Assembly (NCBI GenBank): GCA_949285875.1
Contig: CASDZZ010000011.1
Coordinates: 2,289 to 66,288 of the forward strand
Source of the DNA: an uncultured bacterium
Lineage (GTDB): Bacteria > Bacillota_I > Bacilli_A > RF39 > UBA660
Length of the DNA: 64,000 bases
Direction of reading: 5' to 3'
The notes beneath the pieces were generated by a model, which did no database searches, was not told where the DNA came from, and was given only the letters and a program-made list of their open reading frames with translations. How positions within the stretch are numbered: the first letter of the stretch is position 1; each line of letters begins with the position of its first letter. The position numbers were made by a program, and so were the translations under genes. Below are positions 39,774 to 50,267 of this stretch, piece by piece.

Positions 39774-40880
39774 TCAAGATTCTTTTTTTATAAAAAATGT
39801 TTTTATAAAAATTACACTTATAATAATAATTAAAGGGAAAGCTAGATAAGGAACATAATAATCCTTAATTAAAATAATTGAATTTGGGATGTTTCCAAAA
39901 GCTGTATTAGCTAAAACCATGCTTATTAAAGCTATTATAATAACTGAAATTTTACTAGCTTTTTTATTTCTAACATAAATATTAAAATATTTTTTGATTC
40001 CATATAAAGAAGCGTTAGTTAATGAGAAAATATAAAAAATCCATCTAAATGCTAGTAAATTTTCTAAATGTAGGTCTGAATTTGAAAGTGCAATTTTTTT
40101 TAGCAAGATATATTCTGGATACCTAAATAAAGAAGCCATTTTATAACCAAAACAAGAAATAACAAAAAACATAACGATGGTAAGAGAAACTGATGTTAAT
40201 AGATAAAAAAGAATAATGTTTTTAGAAAACTTATTTTGGTCTACAATTCTTGATTTATTTATACTTAGTAATAAGAAACTTAATAGGGCGCAGCTAGAAG
40301 CATAATAAACGGATCCTTCAAAAATATTATTAAGAACATTACTAGTGTTTAGCATTGGCATAACATTATTTATTTCTACATACTTTAAAAGGAAAACTTC
40401 TATTATAATTACTAAAATTAAACTTAGAAAAAATAGTATTTGAGAAATTCTTAGTATTGTTTTAAGTCCTTTAAAATTAATTATTAAACTTGTTGTTATT
40501 ACCAATAATCCAATAAGGTAGAAAGGGGTTTGTTCTAAATATTTACTAATTAAAAATATAACGATTGATCTAATTGAGATTGTAAAAAAAATAAAGAAAA
40601 CTAAAAAGATTAAAAAGTTTAAAATGTTTCCTAAAATTGGATTAAATAATTTTAAATTTTTTTTATATATGTTAAGAGTAGGGTAAGTATTATTTATTTT
40701 TATAAACATTAAGATAGGTATTATACCTATTATTATTCCTATTACCATTGATATAAGAACATCATTTTGTGCTTTTTCTATTAGTATAATATCACTTAAT
40801 CCTAAATATAAGCTAGCACAAATTAAAGATAAAACCATTCCTATTTGCAAACTAGAAATTTTACTGTTCATATTAATCAT
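39774..40880 (-). CDS. spore germination protein, GerAB-type permease subunit
   Basis: 10-TM APC-like protein, last gene of an A-C-B germinant receptor operon. Confidence 0.8.
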   Translation of the reverse strand: MINMNSKISSLQIGMVLSLICASLYLGLSDIILIEKAQNDVLISMVIGIIIGIIPILMFIKINNTYPTLNIYKKNLKLFNPILGNILNFLIFLVFFIFFTISIRSIVIFLISKYLEQTPFYLIGLLVITTSLIINFKGLKTILRISQILFFLSLILVIIIEVFLLKYVEINNVMPMLNTSNVLNNIFEGSVYYASSCALLSFLLLSINKSRIVDQNKFSKNIILFYLLTSVSLTIVMFFVISCFGYKMASLFRYPEYILLKKIALSNSDLHLENLLAFRWIFYIFSLTNASLYGIKKYFNIYVRNKKASKISVIIIALISMVLANTAFGNIPNSIILIKDYYVPYLAFPLIIIISVIFIKTFFIKKES

Positions 40881-42066
40881 CCCCCTTTATAGATTTGATA
40901 GAAAGTTCTGTAGAATTTATATTAACGCTAACACTTACTTCAAAATTAATATTATTTAGAATTTTTTCTATCGTATAATTTTTTTCTTTCATTTCTTTAA
41001 ATTTTTTTTGATTAAATTTTGAACTATATTTTAAAACATCTGCTCTATTTTCCACGTATAATTTTTTTAAGGATGTATCCATTAGCTCTTTAATCTTTTT
41101 AGCTGCTTTTTTTTCTAATTCCTTAATATATTTGCTATCTTTGGTAAAATCAGCTTTGCAATTATATTCTGCCAAGTCGGCTTTAATGTCGCTTTTTATT
41201 TTTACATTAGGCTTTCCATTTATAAAAGATAAATTTTCTTCTAATTTTGAATCAGAAATTTTTATACTTGCATAATTATTTTCATCACATTTAATATTTA
41301 CGTAAGTTTCATTGGGAATATTTTTTAAGAAATTGTAGCCCGTGCTTTCTTCTTCAGAAAGATAACCTTTCAAAAGATTATTTTCAAAAAAACCTAGCGT
41401 TTCAAATCTTAACTTCGTTTTAGGATTACTTTCAGATATATTATCCATGTTTTCACCAGTAGAAGTTTTTCCTTCAATTTTTACGGCTGGTAAAATTGCT
41501 TCTTTTCCTTCGTTAATTAAATTTGATATAAATTCATCTATTGTTACTATTGTGAGCGTACCGCTGTAATTATCTGCTATATTAAGCGTTGATTTTAAAT
41601 TTCTTGTTGGAATTGTCTCAAGTGGGGTAATTATTTTTAAAACATCATCTGCTTTACTTTCTTTAGCTATTATAACTAAAGAGTCTTTTTCAACCTCAGA
41701 ATTTCTCATGAAAAAATCCAAATAATTTAAAGGATCTTTTTCTCTTAATAGATTTTCATTAATTACGATAACTTCATTGTGCCCTAGATAAATTTCTTTT
41801 GAAGAATCTAGCATTATTTTTTCTAGAGCTTCAAAAATGGTATTACCACTTGCTTTAAAGAATGTGATTAAACTGTTATCACTTTCTTCATCTTTTTTTG
41901 CATTCATGATTTGTATGCCAACATCATACTTTGTTTTATCTTTTTCATTTTGATCTATTGATATTCCAGAGACTATAGCATAATTATTTATTTCTTCATA
42001 GTTATAGCAGCCACATAGGCTAAAAATAAGTAATAAGAAAATACATATTTTAATTATCTTTTTCAT
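40873..42066 (-). CDS. Ger(x)C-family germinant receptor lipoprotein
   Basis: Start MKKIIKICIFLLLIFSLCGC (lipobox). CYNYEEINNYAIVSGISIDQ is typical of the GerAC N-terminus. Confidence 0.8.
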   Translation of the reverse strand: MKKIIKICIFLLLIFSLCGCYNYEEINNYAIVSGISIDQNEKDKTKYDVGIQIMNAKKDEESDNSLITFFKASGNTIFEALEKIMLDSSKEIYLGHNEVIVINENLLREKDPLNYLDFFMRNSEVEKDSLVIIAKESKADDVLKIITPLETIPTRNLKSTLNIADNYSGTLTIVTIDEFISNLINEGKEAILPAVKIEGKTSTGENMDNISESNPKTKLRFETLGFFENNLLKGYLSEEESTGYNFLKNIPNETYVNIKCDENNYASIKISDSKLEENLSFINGKPNVKIKSDIKADLAEYNCKADFTKDSKYIKELEKKAAKKIKELMDTSLKKLYVENRADVLKYSSKFNQKKFKEMKEKNYTIEKILNNINFEVSVSVNINSTELSIKSIKGDD

Positions 42067-43495
42067 CAGTATCCTCCTTATTAAAAATATTTTGAGGATC
42101 AAATTTTGCCTCGTTTTCAGATAAAATAGCATCTTTTTGAGCTTTTAAATTAAATGGTTCGAAAGGAAAAAAGTAAGGTTCTCCGCAGGATTTTTCACTT
42201 ATTAATAAAGCTAGCAAAATTATAAAGCCAAACAATACACCAATAAAACCAAAAAAGGATGCAAGAAAGATTAAAAATAATTGCCACCATTTTATGGAAT
42301 TAATCAATTCAATCGAGCTGAAAGCTAGGCTAGCTACAGAGCTAATTCCTACTATTATTATGGTAATAGGTGAAACTATTCCAGCTTCTACAGCTGCCTG
42401 ACCTAAAACTAAAGCTCCCACAATGGATATAGAACTTCCTCCCTTACCTGGAAATCTCATATCACTTTCCCTTAAAACTTGAAACATAAAACTCATTACT
42501 ATTATTTCAAATACGGTCGAAAAAGGAACACCATCTCTTTGAATAGAAAAGTTGATTAAAAGCCCGCTAGGTAAAGCTTCCTGATTATAAGCCATTAATG
42601 ATATATAAATAGCGGGAGTTAAAATAGCTAATAACATAGCTATTATTCTTATAATACGATTTCCTATAACATTTAGACTTTTTTCGTAATAATCTTCAGG
42701 ATTTTTAAAAAAATCTATAAATAAACAAGGAAGAATAATTACCTCATTAGAATTCTCGGTCATTAAAGCTATTCTTCCTTCTAGTAAAAGCTGACAAACC
42801 AAATCAGGTCTTTCGGTTGTTAAAACAGTAGGGAAAATAAACCTATTAGTATTACTTATGGCATCTACTATATAATTAGTATTACCTACATATTTAATTT
42901 TTATCTTATCTATTTTTTCACTTATTCTTTTTACTATATTATTGTTACAAACACCATCTATATAAAAAAGAGCTACTTTTGTTTTACTTTCAGTTCCGAT
43001 AGTTTTTTCTTCAATCCATAATTTCTCTGTTTTTAATCTTCTTCTAATCATTCCCATATTAAACTGATAGTTTTCACTAAAAGCATCACTAGGCCCTTTT
43101 ATACCTTTTTCATTTTCACTTTTATTTATGGAACTATAAATGGGAGCTCTATTTTCAAAAGCAAGTAGTTTTCCGTCATCAAAAATACTTACGGTAAATC
43201 CGCTCATTATAAAATAGGTGATTTGATCTTCTTGATCAAAAGAGACGATATTATTATTTGGTATAAAGTTTTTTATGTAGTCATATAAATTTTGTTTTTT
43301 GATATTTTCAAAATCTTCATCAATTCTTCTTAAAATAAAATCATTTATACCATTTGAACTACTAACGCACATAGAATAAACGAACGTAACTGTTTCTTCA
43401 TTAATCTTAAAATCTTTAAATTTTATATCTGGTGCATTATTAGTATTTTTTTTAATTTCACTAATTAATTTTTCTCTTTTATTCATTTTTTTCAT
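42050..43495 (-). CDS. spore germination protein, GerAA-type subunit
   Basis: LRESDMRFPGKGGSSISIVGALVLGQAAVEAGIVSP signature region; 481 aa. Confidence 0.85.
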   Translation of the reverse strand: MKKMNKREKLISEIKKNTNNAPDIKFKDFKINEETVTFVYSMCVSSSNGINDFILRRIDEDFENIKKQNLYDYIKNFIPNNNIVSFDQEDQITYFIMSGFTVSIFDDGKLLAFENRAPIYSSINKSENEKGIKGPSDAFSENYQFNMGMIRRRLKTEKLWIEEKTIGTESKTKVALFYIDGVCNNNIVKRISEKIDKIKIKYVGNTNYIVDAISNTNRFIFPTVLTTERPDLVCQLLLEGRIALMTENSNEVIILPCLFIDFFKNPEDYYEKSLNVIGNRIIRIIAMLLAILTPAIYISLMAYNQEALPSGLLINFSIQRDGVPFSTVFEIIVMSFMFQVLRESDMRFPGKGGSSISIVGALVLGQAAVEAGIVSPITIIIVGISSVASLAFSSIELINSIKWWQLFLIFLASFFGFIGVLFGFIILLALLISEKSCGEPYFFPFEPFNLKAQKDAILSENEAKFDPQNIFNKEDTDEKDN

Positions 43496-43541
43496 GTTAT
43501 CCCTCTTTTATATTATTAACAATTTTTTATAAAAAAATAAC

Positions 43542-43645
43542 AAAAAAAAGGAGATTACACAGTTCCCTGTGCAATCTCAAAAAGAATAAAAAGGGGTTGG
43601 CTAGTTGTGATACTAGCACCAGCTGTTGTTTCCTCAAGCTGGTGC
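43542..43645 (-). ncRNA. candidate small RNA or ger-operon leader (promoter to terminator unit)
   Basis: On the minus strand: TTGACT-17 nt-TAGTAT promoter (43679-43651). Hairpins ggcaccagct/agctggtgc and ctagt/actag. Single-stranded CCAACCCC. Terminator gagattgcacag/ctgtgtaatctc plus T8. Confidence 0.35.
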
Positions 43646-43787
43646 CATTTATACTAATCTAAAGTGAGTAAAAAGTCAACCTTTTTTTAAAAAAAATTCA
43701 AAAAAATTACATTTATTTTTTTTAGACATTGTCTTACAAACAATTGTTTGTTATAATTTGTTTGATTAATAGTTGGAAGGTATTTTT

Positions 43788-45722
43788 ATGAAATTAGAAG
43801 ATATTAATAAGGTTGGCGAAAAAAACTTAAAACTCTTAAACAATTTAGGCATTTATAATATAGATGATTTAATAAGAAATTATCCTTATAGGTTTGAGGT
43901 TTTAGCCAGAAGAAATATTAATGATAGTAATTTTTTTGATAATATGACCATCGATGGAATTGTAGAAACCACCCCGGTTGTAAGTTTTTTTAAAGGCAAA
44001 AAAAATAGATTAACTTTTATGATTAATTCACAAGATAAACTCATTAAAGTAATAATATTTAATAGAGCCTTTATGAAGAACTCTATTAAAGTTGGAAATT
44101 ATGTTACGGTGATTGGAAAGTATAATAACAAATTGGAAACTTTAACAGCTACAAATATATTACTTTCTAAATTGGGGAATACTTTAAAAATAATTCCAGT
44201 TTATCATCAAACTAAAGGACTAACCTCAAAACAAATTAATTATTTTGTTAATGAAGCTTTAAGCTATTTACCTTTGCATAATAATATTCCGTCTTTTCTG
44301 AGTGATAAATATAATCTTATGGATGAGCATGATGCTTTAAAAATTATCCATAATCCAACTAGCGAACAAGAATTAAAAAACGCAATAAAAACACTTAAGT
44401 ATGAAGAACTTTTTACTTATATGTTAAAGGTTAGAAGACTTAAGAAAAAAAATGAAGAACATAATGTATTATTTAAGAAAAACATTGATTTAAAAGAGGT
44501 AAATAAATTTATCAGTAAGTTGCCTTTTAAGTTAACCATAGATCAAAAACAAGCTATTAAAGAAATGATTCAAAATTTAAGAAACGATGTAAAAATGAAT
44601 AGACTTCTTCAGGGTGATGTTGGTTCAGGGAAAACTATTGTTGCTTTTATTTTAGCCTTTGCTTGCTTTACTGCAGGTTACCAAAGCACCTTAATGGCTC
44701 CAACAGAAATATTAGCTATTCAGCATTATGAAAATGCCTTAAATCTTTTTAAAGATTTTGATTTTAAAATTGGTTTACTTACTGGTAAAATGACTAGTAA
44801 GCAAAAAAAAGAAGTATATGGTAAGCTAGAAAATAAAGAATTAGATTTTTTAATAGGAACCCATGCCTTGATAAGCGAAAATGTTACATGGAATAATTTA
44901 GGCTTAGTAATAACCGATGAACAACATCGTTTTGGAGTTTCCCAAAGATTAGCTTTAAAGAATAAATCACAAGTTCCTGATGTTTTACTTATGAGTGCAA
45001 CTCCTATACCTAGAACATATGCTTTAACTATATATGGAGATACTGATGTTACTAGTATCAAAACGATGCCTAAAGGAAGAATCCCAGTAAAAACTTTTGT
45101 AAGAAAAACAAGCGAATTAAAAGAAGTTTTAGAAATTATTTATCTAGCACTAAAGAATGGCAATCAAGCTTATGTAATAGCTCCAATGATTGAAGAAAGT
45201 GATAACGCGGATTATACTAATGTAAATGACTTAAAGCATAAATTTGAACTTGCGTTTAAAAATTATAGGGTGGAGATACTTCATGGAAAAATGGAAAATG
45301 AAGAAAAAGAAAAAATAATGAATGATTATTTAGAAAATAAGATAAATATCCTTATTTCAACAACCGTAATTGAAGTTGGGGTTGATGTTAAAAATGCAAC
45401 GGTTATGGCTATTTTTAATGCTGAACGTTTTGGACTTTCAACTTTGCACCAATTAAGGGGAAGGGTCGGAAGAAATAACTTGCAATCATACTGCTTTTTA
45501 GTAAGTGATAAAGATACAGAAAGACTTAAAATAATGGAACAAACTACAGATGGATTCAAAATAAGTGAAGCTGACTTTAAATTAAGAGGGCAGGGAGATT
45601 TATTTGGAAATAGGCAAAGCGGAGATCTTATGTTTAAACTTTCAGATGTAAAAAAAGATTACGATTTATTAGTTAAGGTAAAAGAAGATGTTAATAATTA
45701 TTTTGAAAAACAAAGTCTCTAG
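43788..45722 (+). CDS. recG: ATP-dependent DNA helicase RecG
   Basis: Wedge-domain N-terminus, GDVGSGKT, TDEQHRFGV, QLRGRVGR. ATG 43788 lies behind GGAAGG. Confidence 0.9.
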   Translation: MKLEDINKVGEKNLKLLNNLGIYNIDDLIRNYPYRFEVLARRNINDSNFFDNMTIDGIVETTPVVSFFKGKKNRLTFMINSQDKLIKVIIFNRAFMKNSIKVGNYVTVIGKYNNKLETLTATNILLSKLGNTLKIIPVYHQTKGLTSKQINYFVNEALSYLPLHNNIPSFLSDKYNLMDEHDALKIIHNPTSEQELKNAIKTLKYEELFTYMLKVRRLKKKNEEHNVLFKKNIDLKEVNKFISKLPFKLTIDQKQAIKEMIQNLRNDVKMNRLLQGDVGSGKTIVAFILAFACFTAGYQSTLMAPTEILAIQHYENALNLFKDFDFKIGLLTGKMTSKQKKEVYGKLENKELDFLIGTHALISENVTWNNLGLVITDEQHRFGVSQRLALKNKSQVPDVLLMSATPIPRTYALTIYGDTDVTSIKTMPKGRIPVKTFVRKTSELKEVLEIIYLALKNGNQAYVIAPMIEESDNADYTNVNDLKHKFELAFKNYRVEILHGKMENEEKEKIMNDYLENKINILISTTVIEVGVDVKNATVMAIFNAERFGLSTLHQLRGRVGRNNLQSYCFLVSDKDTERLKIMEQTTDGFKISEADFKLRGQGDLFGNRQSGDLMFKLSDVKKDYDLLVKVKEDVNNYFEKQSL

Positions 45723-45811
45723 TATGAACAAGAAGAATTAAAACGAAAAAATGATTTGTATTATTAATAAAAAAAGAAAAGCATAAACTTTAATTTTAAG
45801 TTTACGCTTTT

Positions 45812-46060
45812 TTAATTTTTACTTTGTAAATTTGATACGGTTGTTTCTATTTGACTTCTTTCTATGTTGTTTATTTGGTACCAACCATACTTAGTCATTT
45901 CATTATATGTATTTTCTTGACTGTTTAACGTATTATCTAAACACTCTTTAAGTACTAATCTAGATGACTCATTAGAGCTTTCAAGAATTCCATGTACATA
46001 CAAGTCAGTAGTATTTTTAAGTAATAGTAAATAATTTTCCATTATTAATTTATCATTCAT
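45812..46060 (-). CDS. CotF-family spore coat protein
   Basis: 82 aa. NYLLLLKNTTDLYVHGILESSN...MTKYGWYQ is a Coat_F-like pattern. Confidence 0.65.
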   Translation of the reverse strand: MNDKLIMENYLLLLKNTTDLYVHGILESSNESSRLVLKECLDNTLNSQENTYNEMTKYGWYQINNIERSQIETTVSNLQSKN

Positions 46061-46244
46061 TTTGTTTTTCCTCCAATAAGTTCATTAATTTTTCTTTGAT
46101 TTTAGTATGCTTAGATAATTCATCTTGAATAAAAGAAGCTAAACTTTTATTTTCTATTTTTTCTAATCCAGCTTCAGTTATTTTAATTAAGATTTGCTCA
46201 TGCTCAATAGCATCTTCAAAATATAGTAATTCTTTTTGTGTCAT
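46053..46244 (-). CDS. small helical protein co-transcribed with the CotF-like gene
   Basis: 63-aa ORF overlapping the downstream start. Confidence 0.5.
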   Translation of the reverse strand: MTQKELLYFEDAIEHEQILIKITEAGLEKIENKSLASFIQDELSKHTKIKEKLMNLLEEKQNE

Positions 46245-46377
46245 ATTATTTTCCTCCCTAATTTTATCATGGCATCAAATTAAATATTTTAAACATAATT
46301 TAAGTTGCTAAAAATATTTTTTTTACGTATAATAAAATACATAAAGATAAAAAGGTATGTGGAGGAATACCATTTAT

Positions 46378-46510
46378 TTAGCGCCAGGCCTTTAAATAGG
46401 TGACGAGGATGATAGTTATCGAAATATTCGGCGGATGCTATCACGGATTTGTGAAACGTAAAAAATACTTCAAAAAATAAAATAAAAATTATAACAAAAA
46501 GTATTTTGCA
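46378..46510 (+). promoter_or_regulatory. glmS ribozyme
   Basis: AGCGCCAGG...GGTGACGAGGATGATAGTTATCGAAATATTCGGCGGATGCTATCACGG matches the conserved glmS ribozyme core. P4 pairing aaaatactt/aagtatttt. Lies directly upstream of glmS. Confidence 0.85.
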
Positions 46511-46542
46511 CAATTATTTTTATTATGTAAAAGGAGAAAAAA

Positions 46543-48351
46543 ATGTGCGGAATAGTTGGTTATGTAGGTAAAGATAATGATGGCCTAAAAAAATTGATAG
46601 ATGGATTAGAAAAATTAGAGTACCGAGGTTATGACTCTTCTGGAGTTGCTTATTTTCAAAATGAAAATATAAAAATAATTAAAGAAAAAGGTAAAATATC
46701 AAATTTATATAATGAGATTAACTTTGCGGAAAAAACAAATTTAGGAATAGGCCATACAAGGTGGGCTACTCATGGTAAAGCTGATAAAGAAAATGCCCAC
46801 CCTCATATGATTGGCAAGTTTGCTATTGTCCATAATGGGATTGTGGAAAATTATACCACTTTAAAAAAAGAATTAATGAAAAAAGGGTATAGCTTCAAAT
46901 CAGAAACTGATAGCGAAGTTATTTGCGCTCTCTTAGATTATCTTTATAAAAAAGATAATAATATTTTAAATTGTATAGAAAAATTAAACGAAATTTTGAA
47001 AGGTTCTTATGCTTTAGGGATTTTATGTAGTGATGAACCAAACTACTTATTTGCAGTTAAGAAAAATAGTCCTTTAATTATTGGAATAGGAGACGACAGT
47101 AATTTTATAGCATCTGATGTGCCCGCTATTTTAGATAAAACAAAAAAATATGTAGTTTTAGAAGATGGGGATTATGCAAAAATAAAAATGGATAAATTGG
47201 AAATTTATAACAACGGAAAAATAAAAAAATATGATGTTAAGGATTTTGGTTTTGATTCTAAAATGATAGATAAGCAAGGATATGAACATTTTATGTTAAA
47301 AGAAATATATGAACAGCCAGAAGTTTTTAGAAAAACTACGAATCCTTATTTAGAAACTGGTTTTGACAGCCTATTTAATAAAATGCCTGATTTTTCAAAA
47401 TATAGAAAAATAAGAATTATTGCATGTGGTAGTGCTATGCATGCAGGACTAGTAGGTAAGCAAATGTTAGAGAGGTTTGCAAACGTTAAAACAGAGGTTG
47501 AAACAGCTAGTGAATTTAGGTATAACAAGTTATTTTTAGAACCAGATGAACTAGTTATTGTTGTTTCACAGTCTGGTGAGACAGCTGATACTCTTGAAGC
47601 TTTAAAAATAGCTAAGAAAAATGGAAATGATACTTTAGGTATAATAAATGAAAAAGGAAGTACTATAGCTAGAGAAGCTAAAATAGTTCTTTATACTGAA
47701 GCTGGTAAGGAAGTTGCGGTAGCAACTACAAAGGCTTACTCTGCACAAGTTGCCATGTTATCATTAATAGCTCTTAATATAGCTAATTTTAATAATTTTA
47801 TCAGTAAAAAAGAAAAAGTAGAAATTTTAGAAGATGCAAAGAAATTACCAAATTATATGGAAGGGTTATTGCAGAAAAATGAAGTATATAAAGAAGTTGC
47901 AAATGTTATAAAAGACTATAATGATGTTTTTTTTATAGGAAGGGGAATAGATTATGCTCTAGCTATGGAAGGTTCTTTAAAACTAAAAGAAATTTCTTAT
48001 ACTCATAGCGAAGCTTATCCAGCTGGAGAGTTAAAACATGGTACTATTTCTTTAATAGAAGATAAGACTCCCGTTATAGCTATTACAACTGATAAAAATG
48101 TTGCTTCTAAGACAATAAGTAATATCAAAGAAGTAAAATCTAGGGGTGCAGAGGTTATCTATATCACAAATAGTGATTATGAAGATGACACTTTTTATGA
48201 TAAAAAAATAATCATTCCCAAAATAAATGATATATTTACACCTCTTTTGACTGTAATACCACTTCAAATGATAGCTTATGAACTAGCTAAAATAAAAGGC
48301 TGCAATATAGATAAACCTAAAAATTTAGCAAAATCTGTAACAGTAGAATAA
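46543..48351 (+). CDS. glmS: glutamine--fructose-6-phosphate aminotransferase
   Basis: MCGIVGY N-terminal nucleophile, two SIS domains, C-terminal KSVTVE. Confidence 0.95.
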   Translation: MCGIVGYVGKDNDGLKKLIDGLEKLEYRGYDSSGVAYFQNENIKIIKEKGKISNLYNEINFAEKTNLGIGHTRWATHGKADKENAHPHMIGKFAIVHNGIVENYTTLKKELMKKGYSFKSETDSEVICALLDYLYKKDNNILNCIEKLNEILKGSYALGILCSDEPNYLFAVKKNSPLIIGIGDDSNFIASDVPAILDKTKKYVVLEDGDYAKIKMDKLEIYNNGKIKKYDVKDFGFDSKMIDKQGYEHFMLKEIYEQPEVFRKTTNPYLETGFDSLFNKMPDFSKYRKIRIIACGSAMHAGLVGKQMLERFANVKTEVETASEFRYNKLFLEPDELVIVVSQSGETADTLEALKIAKKNGNDTLGIINEKGSTIAREAKIVLYTEAGKEVAVATTKAYSAQVAMLSLIALNIANFNNFISKKEKVEILEDAKKLPNYMEGLLQKNEVYKEVANVIKDYNDVFFIGRGIDYALAMEGSLKLKEISYTHSEAYPAGELKHGTISLIEDKTPVIAITTDKNVASKTISNIKEVKSRGAEVIYITNSDYEDDTFYDKKIIIPKINDIFTPLLTVIPLQMIAYELAKIKGCNIDKPKNLAKSVTVE

Positions 48352-48420
48352 AGTAGTAGTATAAAAAATATTTAATAAAATATATTGACATTAATGATAA
48401 AAATATATATTATTATAATA

Positions 48421-48506
48421 GCGTGATGATATCACGCGAATACCCTTTTACGATTTTGTTGAAAGGGTAACCAAAACCCCCTTGGAGTCTTATGACTCCT
48501 TTTTTG
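48421..48506 (+). ncRNA. candidate small RNA with a C-rich single-stranded tract
   Basis: TTGACA (48385-48390)-17 nt-TATTAT promoter. Hairpins gcgtgat/atcacgc and accctttt/aaagggt. Unpaired AACCAAAACCCCC. Terminator ggagtc-ttat-gactcc plus T6. The downstream gene has its own promoter. Confidence 0.4.
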
Positions 48507-48596
48507 TTTAGTTAATTTTATAATTAAATTTATTTATGTTGCACAATAATTTAAAATGTTATATAATTAAAGCATATATAGTAGGGAGGAATATTT

Positions 48597-48848
48597 ATGG
48601 AGAATTTAGAAACTATAAAAGTAGTAAGTGCTGAAGGAAAAGAAATTGAAATAAAGGTTATAACTATTTTAAAAAAGCCAGAAGAAGACAAAAGTTTTTT
48701 ACTTTATACATTTGATGAAAAGGCTCCTAATGTAGATATTTATGCTTCTGTTATAAAAGAAGAAAATAGTAGCTATGTGCTAGACTCTATAACTAATAAA
48801 GAAGATTGGGATTTGGTTCAAAAGGCTATTCAGGAATTATCAGCTTAG
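48597..48848 (+). CDS. DUF1292-like small acidic protein
   Basis: 83 aa. EGKEIEIKVITIL...FLLYTF...DWDLVQKAI pattern. Confidence 0.6.
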   Translation: MENLETIKVVSAEGKEIEIKVITILKKPEEDKSFLLYTFDEKAPNVDIYASVIKEENSSYVLDSITNKEDWDLVQKAIQELSA

Positions 48849-48861
48849 TGGTGAGTGTATA

Positions 48862-50217
48862 ATGAATAAAGAATTGTATGAAAAATTAATAAATGAACTT
48901 AATGAGGTAAAGGAGCCTTATCCTGCTGTTATTAGAGACTTGTTAGCTAAAAACTTAACAAAAGAAAAAAGTAAAGATGAAGTTTTAGCTATTATTTCTG
49001 CTTTTTATGACTATACTAATGGTAAAGATGGATTTAATTTTTTAAAAGATTATTTTCATAAAGTATTTTCAAGTTATTTTTCAAAAAATGTTATTGAAAA
49101 TGATTTAATAAAAATTATAGAAGATGATTTGCTTTTAGAACATATTTTTAGTATAGGAAATAAAGAAGTTATAGAAAATATATATAAAGATATAAGATTT
49201 AAATTAGAAAAAGACGGCAACAATGAACAATTAAATAAATGTGCCCAAAAGCTAAATAAATTTGATAAATCTGGTAAGTTCAAGGAAGAACTTGAAGAAA
49301 TGTCTAAAAAGGCAAATGAAAATCTAGAAGAAATGCTATCTAGAGCTTTAGAAAAACATGATGCCGATTCTTCTTCTATTCAAAATAATGCTGAAACTGA
49401 AAGAGTAGAAAATAGATTTAATGCCTCTAGAGAATTAGGAGTACCAGTTTCTACGCTTAATCGCATGTTTGATAAAAAAGGTTTAAACTCAGATGAAATT
49501 GATCAAATTATAGTTGACCCTGAACTAGCTAATGCATTATCGGACCAAGCTTCTAAAATTTGTTCTTTGCCTAAAAACTGTTTTGAAAGATTCAGAAAGA
49601 GATTACAAGAAAGAAAATTTTTTGATAAAATAGATGTAACTTTTGATGATGGGAAAGCTTTTTTAGGTAAAAAAGTAACTGCTGAAAAAAAATCGTTCTT
49701 TAGTAAGGTAGCTAGTACTGATAATGAGTTCTACCAAGTTATTAAAAACTCAGCTAAAAGAAAAAAAGAATTATTATCACAGTTTGTTAAGATTGACCCT
49801 GAAGTTTCTAAATTTGTAAAAAAGGCTATAAAGAATACTAATGAAAAAATTAAGCAAAAATATTCTAATGCTAAAACACAATTAAGAAATTCTTATGAAA
49901 ATACAAAAAATATAATTGGTGAAAAAAAAGATGAAGTTAAAGCACATGTTTCAGATAAGTTATATGATTGGGCAAATAAACTAGCTGAAGAAAATAATTC
50001 TAATTTAGGTGATCAAACTCCAAAAATTAATAGTAGTGAGACTATAAAATCTTATACTCAAGAAACAGTAACAAGTCCTACTACTGAAGCAATTATTAAT
50101 GGAAAAAAGGTTATTGTAAAAATAAAAGATGGTAATGCTCCTACAATTATTGCAAAAGGTGGCACAAATGTTGGAAGTATTCCAAGCAAAACGATTAATT
50201 TACCAAAAGCAATGTAA
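48862..50217 (+). CDS. hypothetical protein (451 aa, lysine-rich, helical)
   Basis: Long ORF with an RBS (GGTGAG); no motif recognised. Confidence 0.55.
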   Translation: MNKELYEKLINELNEVKEPYPAVIRDLLAKNLTKEKSKDEVLAIISAFYDYTNGKDGFNFLKDYFHKVFSSYFSKNVIENDLIKIIEDDLLLEHIFSIGNKEVIENIYKDIRFKLEKDGNNEQLNKCAQKLNKFDKSGKFKEELEEMSKKANENLEEMLSRALEKHDADSSSIQNNAETERVENRFNASRELGVPVSTLNRMFDKKGLNSDEIDQIIVDPELANALSDQASKICSLPKNCFERFRKRLQERKFFDKIDVTFDDGKAFLGKKVTAEKKSFFSKVASTDNEFYQVIKNSAKRKKELLSQFVKIDPEVSKFVKKAIKNTNEKIKQKYSNAKTQLRNSYENTKNIIGEKKDEVKAHVSDKLYDWANKLAEENNSNLGDQTPKINSSETIKSYTQETVTSPTTEAIINGKKVIVKIKDGNAPTIIAKGGTNVGSIPSKTINLPKAM

Positions 50218-50267
50218 TTAATGGTATTAAAAAGATATTTTATTTCATAATAATAGTGGTGAGTATT

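Noticed and set aside
46289-46513. 74-aa minus-strand ORF upstream of glmS
   Set aside because: It overlaps the glmS promoter and ribozyme, has no RBS, and gives a low-complexity hydrophobic translation.
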